A stretch of 64,000 nucleotides of DNA, from the IMG/VR virus record IMGVR_UViG_3300022173_000189, positions 6,829-70,828 of that record; one strand, given 5' to 3'. The notes under the pieces are model-generated. The model saw nothing but the letters and a program-made list of their open reading frames with translations. It had not been told where the DNA came from and did no database searches. Every line of letters starts with the position of its first letter. Position 1 is the stretch's first letter. The translations under genes and the position numbers were made by a program. Of the stretch, positions 43,155 through 52,259 are shown in pieces. This DNA comes from a virus (Duplodnaviria; Caudoviricetes).

Positions 43155-44845
43155 AGACGACGCTGCGAATTGGCCAGGCCGCAGTCACGCTCTCGGATGC
43201 CAACTACCTGGCGGCTGGTGGTGAGGCGGCGGTGTACAAGAATGGTGCGGAGGCCATCAAGCTTTACCACGACCCCAAGCGCGCCATGTCCCTGGGCAAG
43301 ATCAAGGAGCTGGCGCTCATCAACGCGCACAACGTCATCCGCCCACTTGAACCGGCCTATGATGCCAGCGGCAACTGCGTTGGCTACTCGATGAAGTACC
43401 TGGCTGGCACCGAGCCTCTCTGCAAATTCTTCACCAAGTCGTTCAAGGTGGAGCGCAGCGTCACACCAGCCCAGCTCGACGCGCTGCTCAAGGCCATGCA
43501 GCTCACGCTGTCGGAGGTCCACCGAGCCAAGTGCCTGGTGGTGGACCTGAACGAGCTGAACATTCTCGTTGACGCCAATAGTCTCTCCGCTCCTTTCTTC
43601 ATCGACACTGACAGCTATCAGACGCCCTCGTTCAAGGCCACGGCGATCATGGCCAGCGTGCGCGACCACAATGTTCCACATGGAACATTCACGGAACTGA
43701 CCGACTGGTACTCGTGGGGCGTGCTCGCATTCCAGATTTACATCAACATCCACCCCTATCAGGGCAAGCACCCGAACTACCGTCCGAACGAGTGGGAGAA
43801 ACGGATGGAGAAAGGCGTCAGCGTCTTCGACAAGGCTGTGCGACTGCCGCCCGTCTGTAATCCGTTTAGCGTCATCCCAAAACGGCACCTCGACTGGTTC
43901 GAGGCAGTGTTCGCACGCAATGAGCGGAGCGTTCCACCGCTGGCGGATTCCATTGCCCCGCTCGCAGTGCCCAAGGCCATCGTCACCATCCGGGCGCACG
44001 AGAAGCTCTCCGTGACTGAGCTGCGCAGCATCGGCGCAGAGATCATCGACGTGTTCGTGCTGCGCGGCATCACGCACTGCGTCACCAAGTCGTTTGTCAA
44101 AGTCGGGTCGGCCAAGATGCAGATTGACGTGACAGGAGCACGCAAGGTGGTCGTCGGTGCGTCCAGTGCCAGGGCCATTGTTGGACTATGGAATGGAAAC
44201 AGCATCACGTTCAAAACCTTGGATGGAACGATGGTTGGCACCGGCAGCGGCTCCGCCATCTTCGCTCGCAACGAAGTCATCTATGCTCAGGTTGGCGGGC
44301 GGTTGATGCAGTACAGCTTCATCGAGATGGGCACCCGCACGATCATCCAGATGAAGGAGGTCGAGAACATCTCCGCGCTGGCGACCAAAGTGTTCGACGG
44401 CGCGCTAATCCAGGACTTGCTCGGACGTGCCTACGTGACGGTGCCGTACGCCGTGTCGCGCTGCGCGACCAAGCCATGCCCGGCGCTGAACGGCTGGCGC
44501 GTGATCGAAGCAGCCGGTGTGCGCAACTGGGTTGTCGTGCTGGCCGAGCAGAAGGGCCGCTACGACCGCTTCATCCTGAAGTTCGCGGATGACTGGCAGT
44601 CCCTCGCCGTTCACATGCGTGACGAGGATGTCGCGTACGAGGCCGTCAACTTCACAACGACTTCATCAGGCACCTGCCTGCTGCTGACCGAAGACACGCT
44701 GCGAGTTTGGAACGTCGCCTGGAGTGGCCGAGTGCGCGTGTTCGACAATCCTCCAGTCGAGGCAGGCATGAAGCTCTTCAGCATCGACAACAGTGTGGCC
44801 TTTATACATGACGACGTTATCTGCCAGTTGACACTGCATCCGTGA
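43151..44845 (+). CDS. Ser/Thr protein kinase with beta-rich C-terminal domain
   Basis: LAAGGEAAVY, AIKLY, VDLNELNILV, FIDTDS, DWYSWGVL..HPY. Confidence 0.9.
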   Translation: MKTTLRIGQAAVTLSDANYLAAGGEAAVYKNGAEAIKLYHDPKRAMSLGKIKELALINAHNVIRPLEPAYDASGNCVGYSMKYLAGTEPLCKFFTKSFKVERSVTPAQLDALLKAMQLTLSEVHRAKCLVVDLNELNILVDANSLSAPFFIDTDSYQTPSFKATAIMASVRDHNVPHGTFTELTDWYSWGVLAFQIYINIHPYQGKHPNYRPNEWEKRMEKGVSVFDKAVRLPPVCNPFSVIPKRHLDWFEAVFARNERSVPPLADSIAPLAVPKAIVTIRAHEKLSVTELRSIGAEIIDVFVLRGITHCVTKSFVKVGSAKMQIDVTGARKVVVGASSARAIVGLWNGNSITFKTLDGTMVGTGSGSAIFARNEVIYAQVGGRLMQYSFIEMGTRTIIQMKEVENISALATKVFDGALIQDLLGRAYVTVPYAVSRCATKPCPALNGWRVIEAAGVRNWVVVLAEQKGRYDRFILKFADDWQSLAVHMRDEDVAYEAVNFTTTSSGTCLLLTEDTLRVWNVAWSGRVRVFDNPPVEAGMKLFSIDNSVAFIHDDVICQLTLHP

Positions 44846-44863
44846 CCCGGTTCTTACGTGCTG

Positions 44864-46573
44864 ATGAACGCCATCAGCATGGGAATCGACCGGACGGGCC
44901 AGGACGTACGACTGGACATCGACGTGTTGCTCAAGACACGCCTGCTGATTCAATCGAACAGCGGGGGAGGAAAGTCCTGGCTGCTCCGGCGCATGGCTGA
45001 GCAGCTCTACGGCAAGGTGCCGGTCATCATCATCGACCCTGAAGGAGAGTTCGCCACGCTGCGCGAGAAGTTCGGCTACGTGCTGGTCGGCAAAGGCGGC
45101 GACACTCCAGCCGACACGCGCAGCGCCGCCCTGGTCGCTCACAAGCTTCTTGAACTCCGGGCGTCTGCCGTCTGTGACCTTTACGAGATGCGAGACAGCG
45201 ACCGGCATCTCTGGGTCCGGCTCTTCACCGATGCACTGCTCAATGCGCCAAAGCATCTGTGGAAGCCGACGATCATCATCGTGGACGAGGCTCACATCTT
45301 CATCCCGGAGAAAGGCTGCGGCGAGTCTGAGGCTTCTGAGTCCGTGGTCGCGCTCTCCACCCGTGGCCGCAAGCGTCAGTTCTGCGCCGTCTTCGCCACG
45401 CAGTCCCTGGCCAGCCTGCGCAAGACCGCCTCGCGCAATCTGCTCAACAGGATGATCGGCCCGACCTTTGAGGACATCGACCTGGTGCGCGCTGCCGAGC
45501 TGCTCAGCGTCCCCAACGATGAACGCAAGGCGTTCAACCTGGAGATGCGCGTGGCTGACGCAGGAAAGTTCTACGCCCTGGGCCGCGCCATCTCCAAGAC
45601 CCGCGTGATGCTCACGGTTGGCAAGGTGGAGACCAGCCACGAGATCCAGAATTCCAAGTACGGCTCTGAGCCACCACCGCCACCGGAGAAGATCAAGGCG
45701 CTGCTGCCAAAGCTCGCCGACCTTCCCCGCCTGGCGGAAGAGAAGGTGCGAACCGAGGCGGAGCTGAAGAATGAAATCGCTGCGCTGAAGCGAACGCTGG
45801 CTGCAACGCCGAAGCCTGTCTCTCAGCGCATTGATGTGCCGGTGATGACAGAGGCGGACTTGGCCAAGCTTGAGGCCGTCGAAGCGTCGCTTTCAAAATT
45901 ACTTGAAACGACCAACTTCATCCTGAATGGCGTGAACAGGATGTCGAAGGAGGTGTTTGACCTGCGCACCGCAGTCACAGCCCGGCTGAAGGACCAGGCA
46001 CTGGTGAATGCCATCCAGCGCGCCACCGCGCCGACTCCAGACCGAATCAAGGTGGTGCCTGCTCCGAAGCAGCCCGTGCAGAACATTGTCGTGTCCGGCG
46101 ACCAGGAACTTAACGTCGCGCAGACGAAGATGATGAGCGTCCTGGCTCGGCGTCAGGGAAAGACCACGACCCGCAACCAGCTCGCGGTGATGGCAGGCTA
46201 CTCGTCGAAGTCAAAGCATGTGGACAACATCCTCAGCACACTGCGCAGCCTCGGCTTCATCGGAGGCACCCGCCAGAGCTTGTCGGCGACGCCAGCGGGC
46301 CTGAGCCATCGCGAGTGGCCGCAGTTGCCGACAGGCCCGGACCTGCTGGCCTACTGGGTGACCCAGGGCGACCTGTCCACCAAGGCCGCAGAGATGCTCA
46401 AGGCCGTGGCCAGCGTTCATCCCAACAGCATCAGCCGCGACGACCTCGCTGTCTCAGTCGGCCTGAGCGTCACCAGCAAGCATGTGGACAACGAGCTGTC
46501 CACGCTGCGCACGCGGGAGCTGGTGTTCGGCTCGCGCCAGGAGCTGCGCGCCAGCGAAGACTTCTTTGAATGA
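44864..46573 (+). CDS. HerA/FtsK-like ATPase with two C-terminal winged-helix repeats
   Basis: SNSGGGKS, IIDPEGEF, IVDEAH, RGRKR..ATQ; repeats R..LAV..G.S..SKHVDN.LSTLR. Confidence 0.85.
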   Translation: MNAISMGIDRTGQDVRLDIDVLLKTRLLIQSNSGGGKSWLLRRMAEQLYGKVPVIIIDPEGEFATLREKFGYVLVGKGGDTPADTRSAALVAHKLLELRASAVCDLYEMRDSDRHLWVRLFTDALLNAPKHLWKPTIIIVDEAHIFIPEKGCGESEASESVVALSTRGRKRQFCAVFATQSLASLRKTASRNLLNRMIGPTFEDIDLVRAAELLSVPNDERKAFNLEMRVADAGKFYALGRAISKTRVMLTVGKVETSHEIQNSKYGSEPPPPPEKIKALLPKLADLPRLAEEKVRTEAELKNEIAALKRTLAATPKPVSQRIDVPVMTEADLAKLEAVEASLSKLLETTNFILNGVNRMSKEVFDLRTAVTARLKDQALVNAIQRATAPTPDRIKVVPAPKQPVQNIVVSGDQELNVAQTKMMSVLARRQGKTTTRNQLAVMAGYSSKSKHVDNILSTLRSLGFIGGTRQSLSATPAGLSHREWPQLPTGPDLLAYWVTQGDLSTKAAEMLKAVASVHPNSISRDDLAVSVGLSVTSKHVDNELSTLRTRELVFGSRQELRASEDFFE

Positions 46574-46576
46574 CCT

Positions 46577-46906
46577 ATGCCCTCGAAAAAGAAACGTAAG
46601 AAGCAGAAGGCTCCGGTCTTCGCGAAATGTGATGAAGCGGGTTCGGACGGCGAGATGACCGCGCTGGACTTGATCGAGGAGCAGAACCCGGAGGCGCTGA
46701 AGGCGGAGGGATTCGACGACTGCATTCTCGGCGTGGCCTATCGCTGCGGCAAGCTGGCCATCCTGGCCTACGACCGGCGCAAGTGCGTCGAGAAGCTGAT
46801 GAAGGACGGCATGGACCATGACGAGGCGGAGGAGTTCATGGGCGTGAACGTCGAAGGAAGCTGGCTCGGCGAAGGCACTCCAATTTTTATCGAAGTTGTT
46901 CCCTGA
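46577..46906 (+). CDS. Conserved phage hypothetical protein
   Basis: GFDDCILG..YD..M..DEAEEF..N..G..GEGTPIF. Confidence 0.75.
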   Translation: MPSKKKRKKQKAPVFAKCDEAGSDGEMTALDLIEEQNPEALKAEGFDDCILGVAYRCGKLAILAYDRRKCVEKLMKDGMDHDEAEEFMGVNVEGSWLGEGTPIFIEVVP

Positions 46907-46924
46907 TACCGTTCTTTTAACAAT

Positions 46925-47965
46925 ATGGCTCAACCTACTGCTCCGACGACAACGCTGACCGTGGGATATTTCAACGGTCACAAGTTTCCGATCCACCTCT
47001 CCATCTCCAACCTGAACATCACGCTTCGGCTGAACCCAGGCGAGTTCATCGTGGACCGCGAACAACGCAAGATTAACGACCCCTACTTGGACCGCTACGC
47101 CGGGAAGAACCAGCTCTCCAAGGAGACGACCAAAACGCCGGTACCGCTGCTGCTCATGCCGACGTTCACGAATGCGCGCCCGGCGACCGGCGAAAGCTCC
47201 GTGCGTGAGGTCACCGAATTTGTGCAGGACGGGAAGTTTGTGCGGAGACCCGTGCTCCCCGCGCCTGCCAACATTTCTATTCCGCAGGAGAACGCGTCGT
47301 CGTACCGCGCCATGTCGATGGACGAGGCACGCAGGCTCGGCTTGATTCACAAGACCCGCGAGGTGCCAGAGAACTTCGGCGCTGAGGAGACTGTGAACGG
47401 GCCGAAGGGTGCCATCCCGGAAATCAAGTATGCCACGGACATGGGACCGAGCAGCCGCACCAAGGCACTGCCAGCCGCCGTCGTCCAGCCGCCGTTGAAG
47501 GCTACCGTCCCGGTGAAGAAGGCGCTTCCGGCTCCGAAGCCTGTAGTGCAGGCTCCTGCTCCGGTCGTGGTCGAGTCCGCGCCCGCTCCGGCTCCGAAGG
47601 CCCGTGCAGTGGCAGCTCGTCCGTCTGTCCGCCGTGTCGCTGCCGCCGTCACGCCTGCCCCGGAAAGCGCGTTCGGAAACACTGTGGTGTCCAACGTGCC
47701 GCCGCCCGTGTCCGAGAACGATGAGCCGGTCCTGGATGATGTCGAGGAGGCCCAGGAGGACTCGGAAGCCGCAGAGGAAGCTGTCGCCCAGTCTGACGAG
47801 CAGCCCGAAGGCGAATCTGACGAGCAGGCGACTGGAGCCGAGGTGCCGACCTTTGCCTGTCTCAAGGACGGCAGGGTCTTCGGCAGCCGGGCCGAGCTGG
47901 CAGCCCACATCCAGGCCAATTACCCGCGTCAGATGAAAGCTTTGATGAGCGGGTACCCGGAATGA
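46925..47965 (+). CDS. Hypothetical protein with P/A- and E-rich linker and degenerate C2H2-like C-terminus
   Basis: 346 aa; CLKDGRVFGSRAELAAHI. Confidence 0.75.
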   Translation: MAQPTAPTTTLTVGYFNGHKFPIHLSISNLNITLRLNPGEFIVDREQRKINDPYLDRYAGKNQLSKETTKTPVPLLLMPTFTNARPATGESSVREVTEFVQDGKFVRRPVLPAPANISIPQENASSYRAMSMDEARRLGLIHKTREVPENFGAEETVNGPKGAIPEIKYATDMGPSSRTKALPAAVVQPPLKATVPVKKALPAPKPVVQAPAPVVVESAPAPAPKARAVAARPSVRRVAAAVTPAPESAFGNTVVSNVPPPVSENDEPVLDDVEEAQEDSEAAEEAVAQSDEQPEGESDEQATGAEVPTFACLKDGRVFGSRAELAAHIQANYPRQMKALMSGYPE

Positions 47966-47975
47966 TAGTTAGGGC

Positions 47976-48761
47976 GTGGCAGATACATCCGCAGTAACAG
48001 GCCCGACCAGCAACGCCAGCCAACCCGTCAGGACTTCATCGGGTTCGCCTGACACGCTGCCCTTGCAGGGCTATACCATCGATCAGCTCGCGGACTACGT
48101 GGAGCGCCAGCTTGGCAAGCCCACCTGGATCGTCGAGCTGACCCGGCAGCAGGTGCTGGACTGCTGCCAGGACGCATTGAATCTCGCCTCCGTCTGGATG
48201 CCGCTCCGGCGCTACCAGTCGCTGGTGCTCGCCAAGGGGAAGTTCCGTTACATCGAAGGCGTGGACGTTGGCCAGGGAGTGGCTGACGTGACCTTCGTCG
48301 AGCCTAACCCGGTGCCGACCGAAATCTTCTACGGCAACCTCATCGAACCGGCTCCGCTCTTCCGCCTGGGCCTGGACGAATACGACACCTTCCTGCGCTG
48401 GCGCAAAACCTGGATGCGCGTCACCTCGGTACGGCCGGACTGGCTCTACGACGAGTACGAACAGTGCCTCTACATCCACAACCCCATTGAGCGGTATCAC
48501 GCAGGCGTGATGACGTTCAACAGCTACACCGACACGAAGCAGTTGCGCGGTGCGGTGGCGCTCTGGGTGAAACGCTATGCCGAGGCCAAGGGCAACAAGA
48601 AGCTCGGCGATGTCTGGATGAAATACAGCGGGGCCATCCCAGGACCGGCCCAGAACCTCCAGCTCGACGCCGCCCGGCGCGACCAGGCTCAGACGGAGAT
48701 GACCAAGCTCGAAGAAGAGCTGAAGGGAATGCAGCAGGGCGCTGGCATCTCCATCGACTGA
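47976..48761 (+). CDS. Neck/head-completion protein (T4 gp13-like)
   Basis: DYVERQLGKP..VELT..QVLDCCQDAL; WVKRYA..KYSGAIPG. Confidence 0.82.
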   Translation: MADTSAVTGPTSNASQPVRTSSGSPDTLPLQGYTIDQLADYVERQLGKPTWIVELTRQQVLDCCQDALNLASVWMPLRRYQSLVLAKGKFRYIEGVDVGQGVADVTFVEPNPVPTEIFYGNLIEPAPLFRLGLDEYDTFLRWRKTWMRVTSVRPDWLYDEYEQCLYIHNPIERYHAGVMTFNSYTDTKQLRGAVALWVKRYAEAKGNKKLGDVWMKYSGAIPGPAQNLQLDAARRDQAQTEMTKLEEELKGMQQGAGISID

Positions 48762-48763
48762 TC

Positions 48764-48979
48764 ATGCACCCGGCTAAAATCGTCAGCCTGCTCCTGGAGG
48801 ACGACAAGTCCGAGCTGCTGGCCAGCCCAGATCCCGACCACACTCCCTGCCTCCAGAAGTGCGACATCTGCGGCACCAGTCCCTGCACGCTGGTCCACCG
48901 GCAGTCTGACCGCGTGGTCAGGCATTTGTGCCAGCCCTGCGACATCGAGCAGTTCAACGCTCTGCTCGACCGGCGCTGA
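48764..48979 (+). CDS. Small Zn-finger protein with N-terminal IVSLLLE motif
   Basis: CDIC..C..H..LCQPC. Confidence 0.7.
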   Translation: MHPAKIVSLLLEDDKSELLASPDPDHTPCLQKCDICGTSPCTLVHRQSDRVVRHLCQPCDIEQFNALLDRR

Positions 48980-48980
48980 T

Positions 48981-49020
48981 TAAACAATACAGTTGACGGC
49001 CATCGTGGACATGCTACAGT
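48981..49020 (+). promoter_or_regulatory. Sigma70-like early promoter with conserved 17-mer
   Basis: TAAACAATACAGTTGACG-N16-TACAGT, TG immediately upstream of the -10. Confidence 0.75.
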
Positions 49021-49026
49021 GGTGGC

Positions 49027-49911
49027 ATGAAGACGACGTTAATCGGACAAGCTAACCGGGAACTCAGCAAGGCCAAGCGCGAGCTGGACCGGGCCAAGGA
49101 CTCTATCAATGACGAGCTGCGCCGCATCAACAAGGGCGACGCCTTCGCCCAGTGCCAGCTCTGGAGTGACCTCTATTACGCCTTCCCCAACAGCAAGCAG
49201 ATCAAGGGCTACCTGGTAAAGCTTGCGAAGTTTACGGCCAAATACCCGCAGCACGAGGCCACCCTGTCTGCCTGGGCGGCAGTGATCACTGCCAAAGCCC
49301 AGGCCACCGAAGAATGCCAGGCGGGCGTGGAAAAAGCGAGGGTTGAGACCCTTCAAAAGCGCGAGGCCAAGGCCGCTGACAAAGGCGACCAGAACCTCAT
49401 CGCGGCGCTGGCTGGTCCTCGTGAAGATTACCGTGTCCGTTGCGTTGATCTTCTCCGCAAGGACATTGAAACGGCGGAAGCCAAGCTGGCCAAGAACGGC
49501 CATGACCTGAATGCAGCGTATCCGTCTCCGGTTCGCGGGGAGGAGCCGCTGACTGCGCGATTTAAGGTCGAAGCCAGGAGATTCGTCGGGCAGTTCTTCC
49601 GGTCCACGGGCCAGGGCAGCTATACGGCTGGCCCTTATATCGTGGTTCGTCGGGACGACAACGAAGCCGTCATCAGCGCCCTGGCCGACAAGATGGTGTC
49701 AGCCCACTTCGACGGCTACATCTACAAGCTCTCCCACAAGATTGGCAAGCCGGTCGCCACCGCCACCCACACCGGGTCCATCTGGACCAACTGCGTGCTG
49801 GTTGTGACATGCCAGGACGGTGAGACGCAGACCTGGCATACGCAGTGCATCTTCAACACCTCCGTGCTCGGTCGGGTGTTCAACCAGTGGCCGACGCGCC
49901 GCCAATCGTAA
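49027..49911 (+). CDS. Hypothetical early protein
   Basis: 294-aa ORF behind promoter. Confidence 0.8.
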   Translation: MKTTLIGQANRELSKAKRELDRAKDSINDELRRINKGDAFAQCQLWSDLYYAFPNSKQIKGYLVKLAKFTAKYPQHEATLSAWAAVITAKAQATEECQAGVEKARVETLQKREAKAADKGDQNLIAALAGPREDYRVRCVDLLRKDIETAEAKLAKNGHDLNAAYPSPVRGEEPLTARFKVEARRFVGQFFRSTGQGSYTAGPYIVVRRDDNEAVISALADKMVSAHFDGYIYKLSHKIGKPVATATHTGSIWTNCVLVVTCQDGETQTWHTQCIFNTSVLGRVFNQWPTRRQS

Positions 49912-49918
49912 CCAGCTT

Positions 49919-50092
49919 ATGGACGCACATTTGAAAGTGTTTTGCATCAGGGCCAGCGGCAAGATTAAGCCCAACATGATCCTGGCCTACGACATCGCCG
50001 AGGCGATTGTCCTGTTCGCCGAGCGTTATCCAAAGTTCGTGCGGCACAAGAAGACGATCACCCAGATCGACAAGCCCTGCATCTTATATTAA
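49919..50092 (+). CDS. Small hypothetical protein
   Basis: 57 aa from MDAHLKV. Confidence 0.5.
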   Translation: MDAHLKVFCIRASGKIKPNMILAYDIAEAIVLFAERYPKFVRHKKTITQIDKPCILY

Positions 50093-50129
50093 ACAATAGT
50101 GTTGACGGCTATCTAATCCGTGCAACATT
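50090..50129 (+). promoter_or_regulatory. Sigma70-like early promoter with conserved 17-mer
   Basis: TAAACAATAGTGTTGACG-N16-AACATT; first 20 nt identical to the 5565-5584 copy. Confidence 0.75.
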
Positions 50130-50134
50130 GAGGC

Positions 50135-51412
50135 ATGACTTACAACATTCACGAACGAAACCTGGACCAGCTCAAGCAGCAGGTCGCCAAGCTGGCCCGT
50201 CGTGCCGAGCGCCTCAAGCTCCCTTCCATCACCCTGACGGTCGGCACCTGGACCAACGTCGCCAACCCCGACAATGCCAATGACCTGACGCGGGTGTACT
50301 CGGTTGAAGTGACCGGCGAGGCTCCGCGCATCAATGGCTGGAAGTTCGTCGCAAGCATCTTCCACGATGAAGCAGGCAATGTGGTGCGCCACGCCTGCGA
50401 TGAGGCGGCGGTGCCGGAAGCGTTTACGATGAAGCCCGGCTGTGACCACTGCAAATCCAGGCGCAACCGCAGCGCGACGTTTCTTCTGCGTCACGAGGAC
50501 GCCCGCGTCATGCAGGTCGGCAGCACCTGCCTGCGCGATTTCCTCGGCCACGACTGCCCGCATAACGTGGCATCCTGGGCTGAACAGATGCTCGGAGTCT
50601 CTGAGCTGTGCAGCGCGGCGGAGAACATCACCTGGCTCGGCGGTCACATCGGCAACCACCAGCGGTTCGTCCGCCTGTCGCTGGCCGTCTATCTCAACCA
50701 CGTCGCAGAGCTGGCGTTGCAGTTCGTCTTCACGGGCCGCAAAGATGTCGATTCCAGCAAGGGCCAGAAGACCACGGCGCAACTGGCCTTCGACGCCATG
50801 TTCCCTTACAAGGGCACCTGCGAGCACAGCGTTGTGATTCCCACGGCTGTCATGCCCAGCGCCGCTGCGGTGAAGCTCGCCGAAGAGGCTCATACCTGGG
50901 TGCTGCGCCGGTTCCGCGCCGATGGCGACCTGGCCGAGACGGGCGATTACGACGACATCAAGCTGGAGATGCTGACCGAGCCAAACGACGGCCTGTCCGA
51001 GTTCCAGCTCAGCCTCCTGTCCGTGGCCCGTCACGAAGTCATCTCGACCGGCGCGGTCGGCCTGGCAGCCTGGATCGTGGGTGCCTATGTCCGGCACCAG
51101 GAGAAGCTCCGCATCGCCGCCGAAGAGGCCAAGACCAGCAACCACGTCGGCAAGGTCGGCGAGCGGCTGCGTGGCCTGGTGCTTCACTGCTACGACTTCA
51201 AGGAGTGGGAAACGTCCTTCGGCTGGCAGACGCTCTACAAGTTCAAGGATGCGACAGGCAATCAGTTCACCTGGAAAACCAACAGCTCAGTGCCAGACTT
51301 GGAGGTGGGCAAGACCTTCACGGTCACGGCTACAGTGAAGGAACACAGCAATTACAACGGCGTACCTCAAACCTCTCTCACACGATGCAAGACGACCCTA
51401 ATCCCGAAGTAA
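50135..51412 (+). CDS. Conserved phage protein with Zn ribbon and C-terminal OB-like domain
   Basis: CDHC..R.R..QVGSTCLRDFLG; HVGKVGER..FG..YKFKD..GN..WKT..TVKEH..Y. Confidence 0.8.
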   Translation: MTYNIHERNLDQLKQQVAKLARRAERLKLPSITLTVGTWTNVANPDNANDLTRVYSVEVTGEAPRINGWKFVASIFHDEAGNVVRHACDEAAVPEAFTMKPGCDHCKSRRNRSATFLLRHEDARVMQVGSTCLRDFLGHDCPHNVASWAEQMLGVSELCSAAENITWLGGHIGNHQRFVRLSLAVYLNHVAELALQFVFTGRKDVDSSKGQKTTAQLAFDAMFPYKGTCEHSVVIPTAVMPSAAAVKLAEEAHTWVLRRFRADGDLAETGDYDDIKLEMLTEPNDGLSEFQLSLLSVARHEVISTGAVGLAAWIVGAYVRHQEKLRIAAEEAKTSNHVGKVGERLRGLVLHCYDFKEWETSFGWQTLYKFKDATGNQFTWKTNSSVPDLEVGKTFTVTATVKEHSNYNGVPQTSLTRCKTTLIPK

Positions 51413-51654
51413 AGACGGTCTCCCTACAGGAGATCCTGACTCCAGCTCAGATGGAGCACGCGTGCAACCTGATGAACCAGTATCCCGACGACGGTGAGCT
51501 GGCTGCTGCGCTCAAGGCTTACCTAGAGCAGTTCAAGGACGAGCTGCTGGCCAAGGGGCTGGTGGTGGACTACCTCGCCTACATGCTGGTCGCGGCAAAA
51601 TACAAGGCCATGAACAATACTGTTGACTTCCGTGGAGAGTTCGGGAAGAACTAA
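51385..51654 (+). CDS. Hypothetical protein
   Basis: 89 aa from MQDDPNP. Confidence 0.55.
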   Translation: MQDDPNPEVKTVSLQEILTPAQMEHACNLMNQYPDDGELAAALKAYLEQFKDELLAKGLVVDYLAYMLVAAKYKAMNNTVDFRGEFGKN

Positions 51655-51658
51655 TGGC

Positions 51659-52075
51659 GTGATACCCCTAATCATCGACACGGCGGTGCGTGAGAGGATC
51701 GCAGCGGTTAAACAGCACGCTTCCTGGAACATCTTTACCAGGGATGAGCTGAAGAAGATGATAGAGACAGGTTACGCTCCTGGCAGTGAAGGCGAGTTCG
51801 TGGTGATGATACACGTCGGGTTCAAGGTCGTTTATTCACAAGAGGAGCACCCCATCGGGCTTTGTCACCATCTCTCCGTCTCACTGAACGCAGCGCACCG
51901 GGCACCATCCATCCCTGCGGTGGAGATGATCATGGAGGAGTTTGGTTTTGCGCGGCCCCTGAAGGACTGCGTGGTCTGGCTGGACCAGGGCGTCATCGTG
52001 AACGTCGTCGCCCCCATCAATTCTGAATCACACTTCCCGCCTGCTTCCAACGCACCCAAAGACGTGTCGCCATGA
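51659..52075 (+). CDS. Hypothetical protein
   Basis: GFKVVYSQEEHP..CHHLSVS. Confidence 0.65.
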   Translation: MIPLIIDTAVRERIAAVKQHASWNIFTRDELKKMIETGYAPGSEGEFVVMIHVGFKVVYSQEEHPIGLCHHLSVSLNAAHRAPSIPAVEMIMEEFGFARPLKDCVVWLDQGVIVNVVAPINSESHFPPASNAPKDVSP

Positions 52076-52259
52076 TGTAGCAGAGCCTCCGTTTGTAGTC
52101 GTGGTGGATGCCGTCGTCGGTCAGCACGCGGTCGTAAATCTCACACAGTTGGGCGTCGGTCAGTTGGGACATCTCGCCGAACTCGGCCTCCATTTGCTGG
52201 ATCTTGCCCCAGGACGTATTAGCCCAGAGTCTCGATAAGAGTGCGCGCACGGCTTTCAC
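52017..52259 (-). CDS. Hypothetical protein
   Basis: Short ORF downstream of HAD gene; start uncertain. Confidence 0.4.
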   Translation of the reverse strand: MKAVRALLSRLWANTSWGKIQQMEAEFGEMSQLTDAQLCEIYDRVLTDDGIHHDYKRRLCYIMATRLWVRWKQAGSVIQN

